NCBI RefSeq assembly: GCF_963921235.1
Contig: NC_086108.1
Span: 31,002,001-31,066,000, forward strand
Length of the DNA: 64,000 bases
Source: Mobula hypostoma
Lineage: Eukaryota
Direction: 5' to 3'
Below, piece after piece: positions 12,255 through 22,751 of the stretch (position 1 is its first letter; every line of letters begins with the position of its first letter). Position numbers and translations under genes: made by a program. The notes below the pieces were generated by a model. It did not search any database and was not told where the DNA came from. It saw nothing but the letters and a program-made list of their open reading frames with translations.

Positions 12255-12667
12255 TTTCTTACATCCATGTGCCCATCTGAGAGTGTCTTAAAAGTATTTG
12301 TAATACCAGCCTCTAACACCACCACCCCGGCAATGCATTCCAGGCAGCTACTACTCTCTCTGTAAAAAATTCTGGCCTCTGAAATATCCCATAAACACTT
12401 CATCACTCACCTTCAATGGATGTCGTCTGATACTGACCATTGCCTATCTGGGAAAAGGAATGCCTCTCAAAATCTCATACACCTTCATCAAGTTGCCTCT
12501 CATATTCCGCTGTTCCAAAGTGAAAAGCCCTATCTGGCTCAACCTCTCCCCATAAGATATTTTCACTAATCCAGGCAGCATTCTGGTGAATATCCTCTGC
12601 ACCCTCTCTAATGCTTTCATATCCTTCCTATAATGAGACAACCAGAACAGGACTCAATACTTCAAGT
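12255..12667 (-). mobile_element. CR1 3' fragment
   Basis: ORF 12444-12641: HYRKDMKALERVQRIFTRMLPGL...RGNLMKVYEIL. Confidence 0.85.
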
Positions 12668-13153
12668 TGACATGGCTCGGACTTGGCTCGGAAACATAAA
12701 GCAGGGGCTCCTCCTTGGACACAGGACATAGAGCCTGGACTCTTCTTAGACAGAAGGCACAAAATACTGAGACCACTCCCCCCTCAGGGTAGCAGCAAAC
12801 GGCCGGAACTACCCAGCAGAGGAGAGAACATGGAGAACCAAAACCACACAATGATAGACTGTTCTTTTCCAAGTAGCGGCAAGCCCTCGATGCGGCCCAG
12901 GAACTACGGACAGCGGCTCTAGTCTCATTCCAGTGGGTTAACTTGACGGGGATTCTGACAAGGTTACTGACAAGGACGGTCCAGCAAGAAATCACTGGAT
13001 CCGAGAGCTATTTATGTTGCCAGCCCAAAACGAGAATCAGGTGCCTCAATTAAGGTGCCCAACAGAATAAGGGAAAAAAGGAATAGCTGGAATACGGAAT
13101 CCACGGACCGGACTGTAAACCGGAATGCGGACTTCATGGACCAGACCATGACA
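12668..13153. mobile_element. Probable LTR fragment (Gypsy-like) inserted in the CR1
   Basis: Compositionally distinct, CpG-richer segment with short internal repeats (ggctcgga x2; cggac motifs). It ends in ccatgaca, a ...TGACA LTR-type terminus. No second intact end or TSD was seen. Confidence 0.45.
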
Positions 13154-13224
13154 TCAGGTTTATTGGAGGCTGCTGGAGCATGGCTCAAAGGGTGGAAGTA
13201 CCTGTATCACAAAGTAAATAGGTA

Positions 13225-14815
13225 ACTTACCCTTCCACTTCCTCATCTGATTCATTTATAAAAATGACAAAGAGCTGGGGTCACAGAACAGATCACTGGG
13301 GAACATCACTCGTCACACATATCTAGGCCGAATATTTTCCATTTGCTACCCATCTCTGACTTCTGAAAGTAAGCTAGTTCCAAATCCATGCAGACAGGTT
13401 TCCATGGATCCCATGCCTCATGAATTTCTGGATGAGCCTACAATGTGGAACTTTGTCAAACCCCTGACTAAGATCCATATAAACCTCATCTGCCACTCTA
13501 CCTTCATCAATTTGTTTTTCCACCTCCTCGACAAACTCAATCAGGTTTGTGAGGTAGAATTACCCCTCACAACACTATGATGACTATCTCATTGTAACTA
13601 TGCTTCTCCAAATGATTGTAAACCCTGTTCTTAAGAACCTACCTCATTAGTTGGCTGCTCTATAATTCCCAGGATTATGACCATTAATATTCTTGAAGAA
13701 AGCAAAAGCATTTACCATCCTCCAATCCTTTAATACCTCTCCGGTGGCCAAGGAGGACACGAAGATCATCACCAATGACCAACAATCTCTTCCTTCACAT
13801 TGTGTAGTAACCTGGGGTAAATCCTGCCCGACCTGCATTTTATCTATATTTTTAAAAGGCTCCAATAGTGTATCTTTGTTAACCTCAGCATAAGCAAGCA
13901 CATTAGTCTGTTTTAGCTGATCTTACATTTATTAAAGTTCCTGTCCCTGGTGAATACTGAAGCATTATATTTGTTAATGACTTCCACTACCTCCTTCTCT
14001 TCCAGGCACATTTCTGAGTGGTCTTATCTTCATTCTAGTCATCCTCCTATTCTTCACATACGTGTAGAATGTCTGGGGGTTGCCTTAATCCTACCCACTA
14101 ACATCTTCTCAACAGCCCTTTCAGCTCTCCTAAGTATCATTTAGAGCCACCTTTTAACTTCCATGAGTCCTTTCTAATTCTTGGCACCTAAAACTGAAGT
14201 ATGCTTCCTTCCCCTTTTGTTTCACCTCTTTTGTCAACCATGGTTCCTTCAGCATACCATCTATCCCCTATTTCTGGGACAAATCCAGAACCTCATGCAA
14301 ATATTCCCTATACAACCCCCACATCTCTGTTTTACATTTCCCTGAGGACAGTTGTCTTCAAGTTACACTCCAAAATCCCAGCCTAATAATATTGCAATGA
14401 TCCTTCTCCCAGTTAAATACCTAACCATATCACCTTCTCCTATTCTTGTCTATGCATATGTTAAAGGTCAGGGAGTCGAGTACACTCTCTCCATAATGCT
14501 CACGCACCCAGAATTATCTCACCTGACCAGATTTATTGTCTAGTACTCAATCCAGTAAGGTCTTTTCTCTGGTTGGCCTAACCACAAACTGTATCAGGAA
14601 TTCTTCCTGGACACACTTAACAATTTCTGCTCCACCTAAACCTTTTGCACTAAAGAGTTAGTGCAAATCAATATTAGGGAAGTTCAATATACCCATGACA
14701 ACAATTTTTGCACCTTTCCAAAATCTGTCTACTTATCTGTTCCTCAGTATCTTGGTTGCTACTGGGGGGAGGGGGTGCTATAGAATGTTCCCAATAAAGT
14801 GATTGCTCTTTTCTA
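13225..14815 (-). mobile_element. Decayed CR1 ORF2 (endonuclease, linker, RT N-terminal part)
   Basis: FDKVPH (~13443-13460), NPGNYR (ORF 13647-13901) and NFPNID (~14668-14685). Probably the same element as 12255-12667. Confidence 0.8.
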
Positions 14816-15018
14816 ACTAAGAAATTTAAATGGTTCCACATTCAAGAATGAAAGAATTTGAATCTTAAAATGAATAATTGGAGGAAAAAGGGACTGCCGT
14901 GAACATGATGAAATGGTGGACAATAGGAAACAATGTTCATTCTAAATCAGTTCATGGTAACACACATCAAAGTTGCTGGTGAACGCAGCAGGCCAGGCAG
15001 CATCTATAGGAAGAGGCG

Positions 15019-15056
15019 CAGTCGACGTTTCAGGCCAAGACCCTTCATCAGGACTA
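15019..15056 (-). ncRNA. Minimal type I hammerhead ribozyme motif (mirror copy)
   Basis: The minus strand reads TAGTC-CTGATGA-AGG(GTCTTGG)CCT-GAAA-CGTC^GACTG. Confidence 0.75.
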
Positions 15057-15082
15057 ACTGAAGGAAGAACTCTTCCTTTAGT

Positions 15083-15120
15083 TAGTCCTGACGAAGGGTC
15101 TCGGCCTGAAACGTCGACTG
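15083..15120 (+). ncRNA. Minimal type I hammerhead ribozyme motif (PLE-associated)
   Basis: TAGTC-CTGACGA-AGG(GTCTCGG)CCT-GAAA-CGTC^GACTG. Stem I is UAGUC/GACUG, the CUGANGA and GAAA core is intact, stem II is AGG/CCU, the cleavage triplet is GUC (cut after 15115) and stem III is a palindromic ACGU. Confidence 0.75.
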
Positions 15121-15776
15121 TGCCTCTTCCTATAGATGCTGCCTGGCCTGCTGCGTTCACCAGCAACTTTGATGTGTGTTGCTTGAATTTCCAGCATCTG
15201 CAGAATTCCTGTTGTTTGCAGATCATGGTAAAATCACTTCTGGACTTGGGGACCACCATTATCGTTCACGCTGCCTTGGAAATTAGTGACAGCTGGTGTT
15301 GACAGAAGCAAGAGAACATATGGGCCTGATCTTACATGCCTCAAATTTGCATCATAAATGCCAAGAGCATGACTGTCAATTTTGTAAACATATATGACAT
15401 ATTCGTGCAAAATCAATTCATATAACAGGGAACAGGATATCTGTTTGTCCTTTGAAGTAACAGGAAGTAATTAGAACTCTTATGTTTAAAAAAGTAATAT
15501 CCTTTGAAGAAGCTAAGTGAATGTCTGTGCTTTGTGAGGTCCAACCCATTTTATTCACGATAGCAACACACAATTCCAGTTAATTTGGTGAAATGCTTGA
15601 GAAAGCCCAAATCCTCTGCCAAGTTTCCCACTTATTTATCATTGCTGACCTTGAAATGATATCCTGGAAATTGGTAAAAGGGAATGCGCATAAATATAAA
15701 CATCCTGAATGAGGCTGTTTTGGCTTTCCTACAAGATTATTTCCAATATTGTTTTAGGTTTTGCCATTCTGATATT

Positions 15777-17154
15777 ACATAGAAACATAGAAACATAGAA
15801 ACATAGAAAATAGGTGCAGGAGTAGGCCATTCGACCCTTCGAGCCTGCACCGCCATTTATTATGATCATGGCTGATCATCCAACTCAGAACCCCGCCCCA
15901 GCCTTCCCTCCATACCCCCTGATCCCCGTAGCCACAAGGGCCATATCTAACTCCCTCTTAAATATAGCCAATGAACTGGCCTCAACTGTTTCCTGTGGCA
16001 GAGAATTCCACAGATTCACCACTCTCTGTGTGAAGAAGTTTTTCCTAATCTCTGTCCTAAAAGGCTTCCCCTTTATCCTCAAACTGTGACCCCTCGTTCT
16101 GGACTTCCCCAACATCGAGAACAATCTTCCTGCATCTAGTCTGTCCAATTAGGATTTTATACGTTTCAATCAGATCCCCCCTTAATCTTCTAAATTCCAA
16201 CAAGTACAAGCCCAGTTCATCCAGTCTTTCTTCATATGAAAGTCCTGCCATCCCAGGAATCAATCTGGTGAACCTTCTTTGTACTCCTTCTATGGCAAGG
16301 ATGTCTTTCCTCAGATTAGGGGACCAAAACTGCACACAATACTCCAGGTGTGGTCTCACCAAGGCCTTGTACAACTGCAGTAGTACCTCCCTGCTCCTGT
16401 ACTCGAATCCTCTCGCTATAAATGCCAGCATACCATTCGCCTTTTTCACCACCTGCTGTACCTGCATGCCCACTTTCAATGACTGGTGTATAATGACACC
16501 CAGATCTCGTTGCACCTCCCATTTTCCTAATCGGCCACCATTCAGATAATAATCTGTTTTCCTATTTTTGCCACCAAAGTGGATAACTTCACATTTATCC
16601 ACATTAAATTGCATCTGCCATGAATTTGCCCACTCACCCAACCTATCCAAGTCACTCTGCATCCTCTTAGCATCCTCCTCACAGCTAACACTGTCACCCA
16701 GCTTCGTGTCATCCGCAAACTTGGAGATGCTGCATTTAATTCCCTCATCCAAGTCATTAATATATATTGTAAACAACTGGGGTCCCAGCACTGAGCCTTG
16801 CGGTACCCCACTAGTCACCGCCTGCCATTCTGAAAAGGTCCCGTTTATTCCCACTCTTTGCTTCCTGTCTGCTAACCAATTCTCTATCCACATCAATACC
16901 TTACCCCCAATACCGTGTGCTTTAAGTTTGCACACTAATCTCCTGTGTGGGACCTTGTCAAAAGCCTTTTGAAAATCCAAATATACCACATCCACTGGCT
17001 CTCCCCTATCCACTCTACTAGTTACATCCTCAAAAAATTCTATGAGATTCGTCAGACATGATTTTCCTTTCACAAATCCATGCTGACTTTGTCCGATGAT
17101 TTCACCTCTTTCCAAATGTGCTGTTATCACATCTTTGATAACTGACGCCAGCAT
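15777..17154 (-). mobile_element. Young 5'-truncated CR1 LINE (RT domain to 3' tail) with one frameshift
   Basis: ORF 16057-17154 contains SQHGFVKGKSCLTNL, YLDFQKAFDKVPH, SGVPQGSVLGP and KFADD. The C-terminus is in another frame (15885-16148). It has a (catagaaa)n tail and a TSD attctgatatt (15766-15776) / attctgatgtt (17155-17165). Confidence 0.95.
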
Positions 17155-17239
17155 ATTCTGATGTTTAAGTTCAAAAATGGATCAGTTTCAAAACATTAAA
17201 TATAAAAGATAAATATAAAAGATTAACAGATTTATACTG

Positions 17240-17565
17240 GCCAGACTTCCCAACTGTTTCTCTGCTATGTTGATGCTGCTTCCACGACCGATGCTGAGCT
17301 CATCAATTTCACTTTGCGTCCAACTTCTACCCTGGCCCTCAAATTTAATTGTTCCATCACTGACACTTCTCACTCTTTTCTCAATTTCTTTGTCTCCATC
17401 TTTGGAGACAGACATCTTTTACAAACCCACTGACTCTCAACAGTTATCTCGACTATAATTCTTCCCACACTTTAGGTTGTAAAACTGCAATTCCCTTTTC
17501 CCAGTTCCTCCATTTCTGCTACATCTGTTCTCAGGATGAGGTTTTCTGTTTTAGAACACTTGAGA
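17240..17565 (+). mobile_element. Penelope-like RT C-terminal fragment
   Basis: Degenerate FASNF(Y/H)P..LKF, TDIFYKPTDS..YLDYNSSH and CKTAIPFSQFL..ICSQDE motifs. Confidence 0.8.
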
Positions 17566-17567
17566 TG

Positions 17568-17808
17568 TGTGGTACAGCAGTGTAATACTTAGTGTGCCAG
17601 CAACCCAGGTTCAATTCTTTCCACTATCTGTTTCTGCACGTGTTCTCCCCATGACCGTGTGGGTTTCCTCTGGGGGTTCCAGTTGCCTTCCACATTCCAA
17701 AGGCATACGGGTTAGTAGGTTAATTTGTCACGTGGGTGGTGTAACTAGGCTTCATGGATTTGTTGGGCCAGAAGGCCCTGTTACCATGCTGTGACTCTGA
17801 ATAAATAT
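17568..17808 (+). mobile_element. V-domain SINE with a CR1-like 3' tail, inserted in the PLE
   Basis: tRNA-like head with ggttcaattc B-box, V-core tgttctccccatgaccgtgtgggtttcctctggg...ccacattccaaag, and tail gggccagaaggccctgtt. Confidence 0.8.
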
Positions 17809-17814
17809 TATAAA

Positions 17815-18410
17815 AATGTTCTCTTTTTTTCAAAGAAAGTTGTTTCCCACCCATCATCATTGTTGCTGTCCTCAATACGTCTTCCCCATTTCCTGCACAT
17901 CCGCCCTTACCCCATCTTCTTGTCATCAGAACAGCTCAAGATGCTCCAAATTCAGCACATGATTCTCTGTAAGTTCCACCACCTATAATGGGATGCTATC
18001 ACTCAGCACATCTTCCCCTCCACTACTCCCTTTGTATTCTGTAGGGTTCTCTATCCACTTGTGCACTCCCCCCTCCCCACTGATCTCTCTCCTGCACTTA
18101 TCTTAGTAAGTGTGACAAGTGCTACACCTTCTTGCTCACCAACATTCAGAGCCACAAGCAGTCCTTTCAGGAGAGTCAATGCTTCATACTGACCTTTCCC
18201 TTCACTTGGTCTCACCTATCACCTGACAGGTTGGACTCCTTCTTCTTCTCCACCTTCATATTCTGGTTTCTGTCCTCTTCCTTCCCGATCCTGATGAAGG
18301 GTCTGAGTGAGAAGCATCGTCTGTTTATTTCTCTCTATAGCTACTGCCTGACCTGCAGAGTTCCTCTGGAATTTTGTGTGTGCTGCTCAAGTTGTAGAGT
18401 CTCTGTGTTT
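17815..18410 (+). mobile_element. Penelope-like element continuation (linker and 3' terminus with decayed hammerhead)
   Basis: Cys-rich linker remnant KCDKCYT. A degenerate core ctgatgaagggtc...gaagcatcgtctg lies at 18291-18323, and the terminus ttttgtgtgtgctgc follows. Confidence 0.7.
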
Positions 18411-18547
18411 GTGGTAATTGATTATACTGTTAGTTCTGACAATAACTAGTGGTACAGTTTATTGTCAAGAAAATTAATTATTTGTGAAATGAAAGACAGT
18501 CATATATTTGAACTGAATGTGCCTGACTCTGTGAGGAATTCCAAAGA

Positions 18548-19112
18548 TCCTTAATGTTGTCATAGCTGCGGTTGGAGGTGGGGAAAAGCTCCCACTACCT
18601 ACGAAATGTTCACCATGGCATGTATCTCAAATAGCCTCTGACCTTCATGCTAGTAAGCCCAGCAGAGCCATTTCTACTGACAGGAGGCGGGGCAAAAGTG
18701 GTTACTGACACCTTAAAAATAGTCACTTCAGGAAGATGGGGCTCGTCAGCTGTGGTTGGCAGCTCATCTAGGAGAAGGAAAACTCAGATCTCAAACCTCT
18801 GCTGCCTTACAGCTAAACTTACTCATGGAGAAGGCTTGAGAAGTAAACTCCTAGAAAAAAAAACAGAGCTGGATTCCCTAAGGCAGTCCTACATTGAGTT
18901 CAATGTTGACTGGGAACTCCTCTGATGCTGCTGGTTCTAAACTCTATTGACCTCTGCCATCATTTGGATGCATCAGTTGTGTGTGGGGGGGGGGGAAGCT
19001 TGTTGCTTCGGCAACAGCTTGTACTCTATATCGCCCTGCCCAGCTTGTGTATCTTGTAGATAACTAGTACACAACATCCATGGCCAGCTCTAGCCAACAG
19101 AGGGCCTCCTCG
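18548..19112 (+). mobile_element. 565-bp non-coding element with a 10-bp TSD and an RTE-like 5'-UTR motif
   Basis: attccaaaga flanks both ends (18538-18547, 19113-19122). Internal tctaggagaaggaaaactcagatctcaaacc resembles the conserved 5'-UTR motif of RTE-clade LINEs. Confidence 0.55.
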
Positions 19113-19564
19113 ATTCCAAAGAACAGCTCTAGTTCAGGTAAATAAAAGTTGCAGCTGTGAACAAATCTAGTCAATTGAAGTCTTTAAAACAAAACATGTT
19201 TTGAGCTGGTTATAGTTAAGTAAAGGGACTGTCATAGAAAACAAATGGAAATCAACAGCTTTGACTGGCATTTTTGCACACAATGCAATTCATTTACCGA
19301 GCTTTTGGCCAGGGAAAATCATTGCTGTTATTCATTGGTAAATTGATATACCCAGTTATACAACCAACTCCTTGTATTGCAATTGTGGTACTGGTAGACA
19401 TTTTTTCTACAGTAACTAGTATTGGCATATCCCATTGACTTTTTAATTTGACCATGGCAGCTTAGGTTAACAAATATGGCTTTAACTTTTGATGTGCTTG
19501 AACTTGAAGTTCAGGATAAAACAATAAATATACTAAATGATTTTGATATAACCCAAACCTCTCA

Positions 19565-20015
19565 CTTGCAAGCGGATAGCATCTCTTTCTCTCAGTTATT
19601 TCTGTCTCCACTGTATCTGGTCTCAATATGAGGTTTTCCAGTGCAGAATATTTGAAATATCCACATTTTTCAGGAAATGTGACTTCCTCAGCATTGTGGT
19701 TAAATATTAGCTTTATTTGTCACGGGTATGTCGAAACATCCAGTGAGATGCTCTGTTTGCATCAAATCAAATCATCGAGGGTTGAGCTGGGCAGCCTGCA
19801 TTTGATGGAGGCCCACTCCCATGCCCCCATTTCCTGCACTACTGCTCTCACCCAGCATTCCCTTCCCAGACAGAACAGAGACAGACTTCCCTTGATCCTC
19901 ACCTTTTACCCTACCAGCCTCCATCCCTATTACACCATTTTTCATCATTTCTGCCAGCTACAACAAGATCCCACTACCAGTCATGTCTCCTCCCACAATG
20001 TCCTGCTCTCCACAC
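19565..20015 (+). mobile_element. Old Penelope-like fragment (RT end and linker), with a short insert at ~19700-19800
   Basis: SISFSQLFL...; QNRDRLPLILTFYPTSLH..TIFHHFCQLQQDPTTSH in ORF 19628-20032. Confidence 0.7.
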
Positions 20016-20669
20016 GCATCACAGGTGGATAGGGTAGTTAAAAAAGCTTATGGGATGTTAGCTTTCATAAGTCGAGGGATAGAGTTTAAGAGTCGCGATG
20101 TAATGATGCAGCTCTATAAAACTCTAGTTAGGCCACACTTGGAGTACTGTGTCCAGTTCTGGTCACCTCACTATAGGAAGGATGTGGAAGCATTGGAAAG
20201 GGTACAGAGGAGATTTACCAGGATGCTGCCTGGTTTAGAAAGTATGGATTATGATCAGAGATTAAGGGAGCTAGGCCTTTACTCTTTGGAGAGAAGGAGG
20301 ATGAGAGGAGACATGATAGAGGTGTACAAGATAATAAGAGGAATAGATAGAGTCGATAGCCAGCACCTCTTCCCCAGGGCACCACTGCTCAATACAAGAG
20401 GACATGGCTTTAAGGTAAGAGGTGGGAAGTTCAAGGGGGATATTAGAGGAAGGTTTTTTACTCAGAGAGTGGTTGGTGCGTGGAATGCACTGCCTGAGTC
20501 AGTGGTGGAGGCAGATACACTAGTGAAGTTTAAGAGACGACTAGACAGGTATATGGAGGAATTTAAGGTGGAGGTTTATATGGGAGGCAGGGTTTGAGGG
20601 TCGGCACAACATTGTGGGCCAAAGAGCCTGTACTGTGCTGTACTATTCTATGTTCTATGTTCTATGTTC
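20016..20669 (+). mobile_element. Young 5'-truncated CR1 (intact ORF2 C-terminus and (TTCTATG)n tail) inserted in the PLE
   Basis: Stop-free QVDRVVKKAYGMLAFI...LEYCVQFWSPHYRKD...FFTQRVVGAWNALP to the stop at 20597. The tail is attctatgttctatgttctatgttc. Confidence 0.95.
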
Positions 20670-21425
20670 ACTCTCTTCATAACTCCTGCCCATCCTTCCC
20701 TGTCCCATGACACTTTCCCCTGCAACCATAGGAGGTGTAACACTTCCTCCCTCTCCGCCATCTGGAGCCCTCCCCATCCCCTTACAGGATTCATGTGCAC
20801 CTCCTCCAACCTTGTTCATTGCTTTCAGTGCTCACAATGTGCCCTCCATTGGCAAGACCAAACTCAGTCCAGACGCCCCACTTGGCTGAGCATCCACGCT
20901 CTGTCCACTGTGGACACCTTGAAATATTGGCTGCATTGCTGTCTCAGTTCCTCTCCCCATTCCCATCTGTCCTCATCCTTCTTCACTGCCAGGATGAGGC
21001 CAAATGCAGACTAGGGGTTCAGCAGTTTGACTCCTGGCAGTCTGCAGCCCAATGGTATTAACTTGCTCCTCCCTCTGTTCCTTTCTTTCCCCTTCTGATT
21101 CAGCCAAGTCCCCTCCTTTCCAACATCCACCCTGTCTCACTTCCCTGTTACACATTTTCTTCTCTTGCCTTATTCCATCTGTCTATCATCCATACACACT
21201 ACTTACTCGGTCCACTATCCTCTTCTCTACACCCGCTGTTGCCATCTCCCCGGTACCTCTTTGTCTCACTTCACTCATCAACTTCTTTCTAATCAGCTTC
21301 CATAGTCTGCAGCCCTTTGTTATCTCCAGTTATTACCTCCAGCCTCTGTCAATTTCTCCACTCCTCCCTTGTCCACCTGTCGTAACCTGCCTACTCAAAC
21401 CCTCCCCACCTGGATCCACTACATA
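20670..21425 (+). mobile_element. Old Penelope-like fragment (Cys-rich linker, GIY-YIG, 3' region)
   Basis: TFPCNHRRCNT; FMCTSSNLVHCFQCSQC; IGKTK; LAEHPRSV; LHCQDEAKCRLGVQ. Confidence 0.8.
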
Positions 21426-21429
21426 CTTT

Positions 21430-22116
21430 GCAAACAAGAGAGAATTGGCAGATGCTGGAAATCATTGCAACTCACACAAAATGCTGGAGGAACTTAGCAG
21501 GCCAGGTAGCATCTACGGAAAAGAGTAAACATTTGACGTTTCGGGCTGAGACCCTTCATTAGAACTGGAGAAAAAAGATGAAGTCAGAGTAAGAAGGTGA
21601 GAGGAGGGGAGGAAGAATTAAACAGTAGTAGATGATAGGTGAAACTGGGAGGGGGAGGGGTGTTGTTCGAGAAATCAATGTTTTATGCCTTCTATTCCAT
21701 CTGGGTAGCCTCCAACCTGATGGCATGAACATCAATTTCTCAAACTTCCAGTAATCGCGCCCATCTCTCCCTCACCATCCCCCATTCCCGTTTCCCTCTC
21801 TCACCTTATCACCTCCCTCCAGTGCTTCTCCCCCTTCCCCTTCTTCCATGGCCTTCTGTCCTCTCCTATCAGATTCCCCCTTCTCCAGCCATTTATCTCT
21901 TTCATTAATCGACTTCCCAGTTCTTTACTTCACCTCTCACTTACCACCTGCTAAATTGTATTTCTTTCTCCCTTCCCCGCCCCCACCTTCTTACACTGAC
22001 TTTACATCATGTTTCTCCCATTCTGATGAAGGGTCTCAGCTTGAAACATCGACTGTTTACTCCTTTCCACGGATGCTGCCTGGCCTGCTGAGTTCCTGCA
22101 GCATTTTGTGTGTGTT
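21430..22116. mobile_element. Penelope-derived insertion with inverted termini (minus-strand terminus 21430-21685; plus-strand 3' end 21690-22116), both with decayed hammerheads
   Basis: cacacaaaatgctggaggaacttagcaggccagg at ~21474 is mirrored by cctggcctgctgagttcctgcagcattttgtgtg at ~22080. The cores are ctaatga..gaaacgtc (-, ~21535-21565) and ctgatga..gaaacatc (+, 22023-22050). Confidence 0.75.
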
Positions 22117-22569
22117 ACTTCCACTTTTTACCTACCAGTTCTTGCTTCATTTATTCTCTTCATGCCTTCTTTCTCTCACCCTTTAATATCTTGTATAATT
22201 TGTATAGTATTTAATTTCTGTGTACCTACGTGTCTGGCAAGCAAGGTTTTCATTGTACCTGTACTGCACTGTACTTGTGCATGTGACATCAGCTTGGCTT
22301 GGCTGTCTCCCCATTATGCGCTCAGTCCTGATGCAGTCCAAAGCTTCACCTATCTCTTTGCCTCCACCTGACCAACTGAGTTGCTCCAGCAGCTTGCTTT
22401 TTGCTCCACATCCCAGGATCTGCAGTCCCTTGAGACTTTTTCGATGTAACCAAACCTGGATGGAATTAAAAACAAAGCAAGATGAATTGGGAAAAGGCCT
22501 ACAGAACATCGGGATTATCCCATGGTGTCAGCAGTCATAGAATCAAGACACTATAACTGAGAAATAACT

Positions 22570-22750
22570 GGATGGCACATTTGGAAAAGCTGCTGCCTCC
22601 AGCACCAAAGACTCAAATTCAAACTAGACTTCAAGTGTTGCCCGCGTAGACTTTGCTTATTTTCCCTGTAATCATGTGGATAATCATGTAATCCAGCTGC
22701 TGAGGTGTCTTCCCACATCCCAAAGATGTGCCTGCTGATGGTTTAATGTT
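22570..22750 (+). mobile_element. V-domain SINE 5' part, split by a CR1; its 3' part is at ~23455-23630
   Basis: gctgctgcctccagcacc head and tcttcccacatcccaaagatgtg V-core. The sequence resumes after the CR1 with tgtaatttgcctttagt. Confidence 0.6.
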
Positions 22751-22751
22751 T

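Larger units (their letters stand above)
14961..15218. mobile_element. 258-bp non-autonomous Penelope-derived element made of two inverted terminal copies, flanked by a TSD
   Basis: Inverted repeat 14959-15068 / 15071-15180 with 110-bp arms, a 2-nt spacer and 4 mismatches. TSD cagttcatggtaa (14948-14960) and cagatcatggtaa (15219-15231). The arms match the PLE termini at ~1390, ~21470 and ~22100. Confidence 0.85.

Noticed and set aside
14942..15302. Two overlapping antisense ORFs with near-identical peptides
   Set aside because: This follows directly from the DNA palindrome and is not evidence of coding.
16057..17154. 365-aa RT ORF as a functional or domesticated gene
   Set aside because: It is a 5'-truncated CR1 with a frameshift, a TSD and a tail. 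The ATG lies at the truncation junction and there is no endonuclease or promoter.
17568..17640. tRNA gene
   Set aside because: It is only a degenerate B-box in a SINE head, with no cloverleaf.
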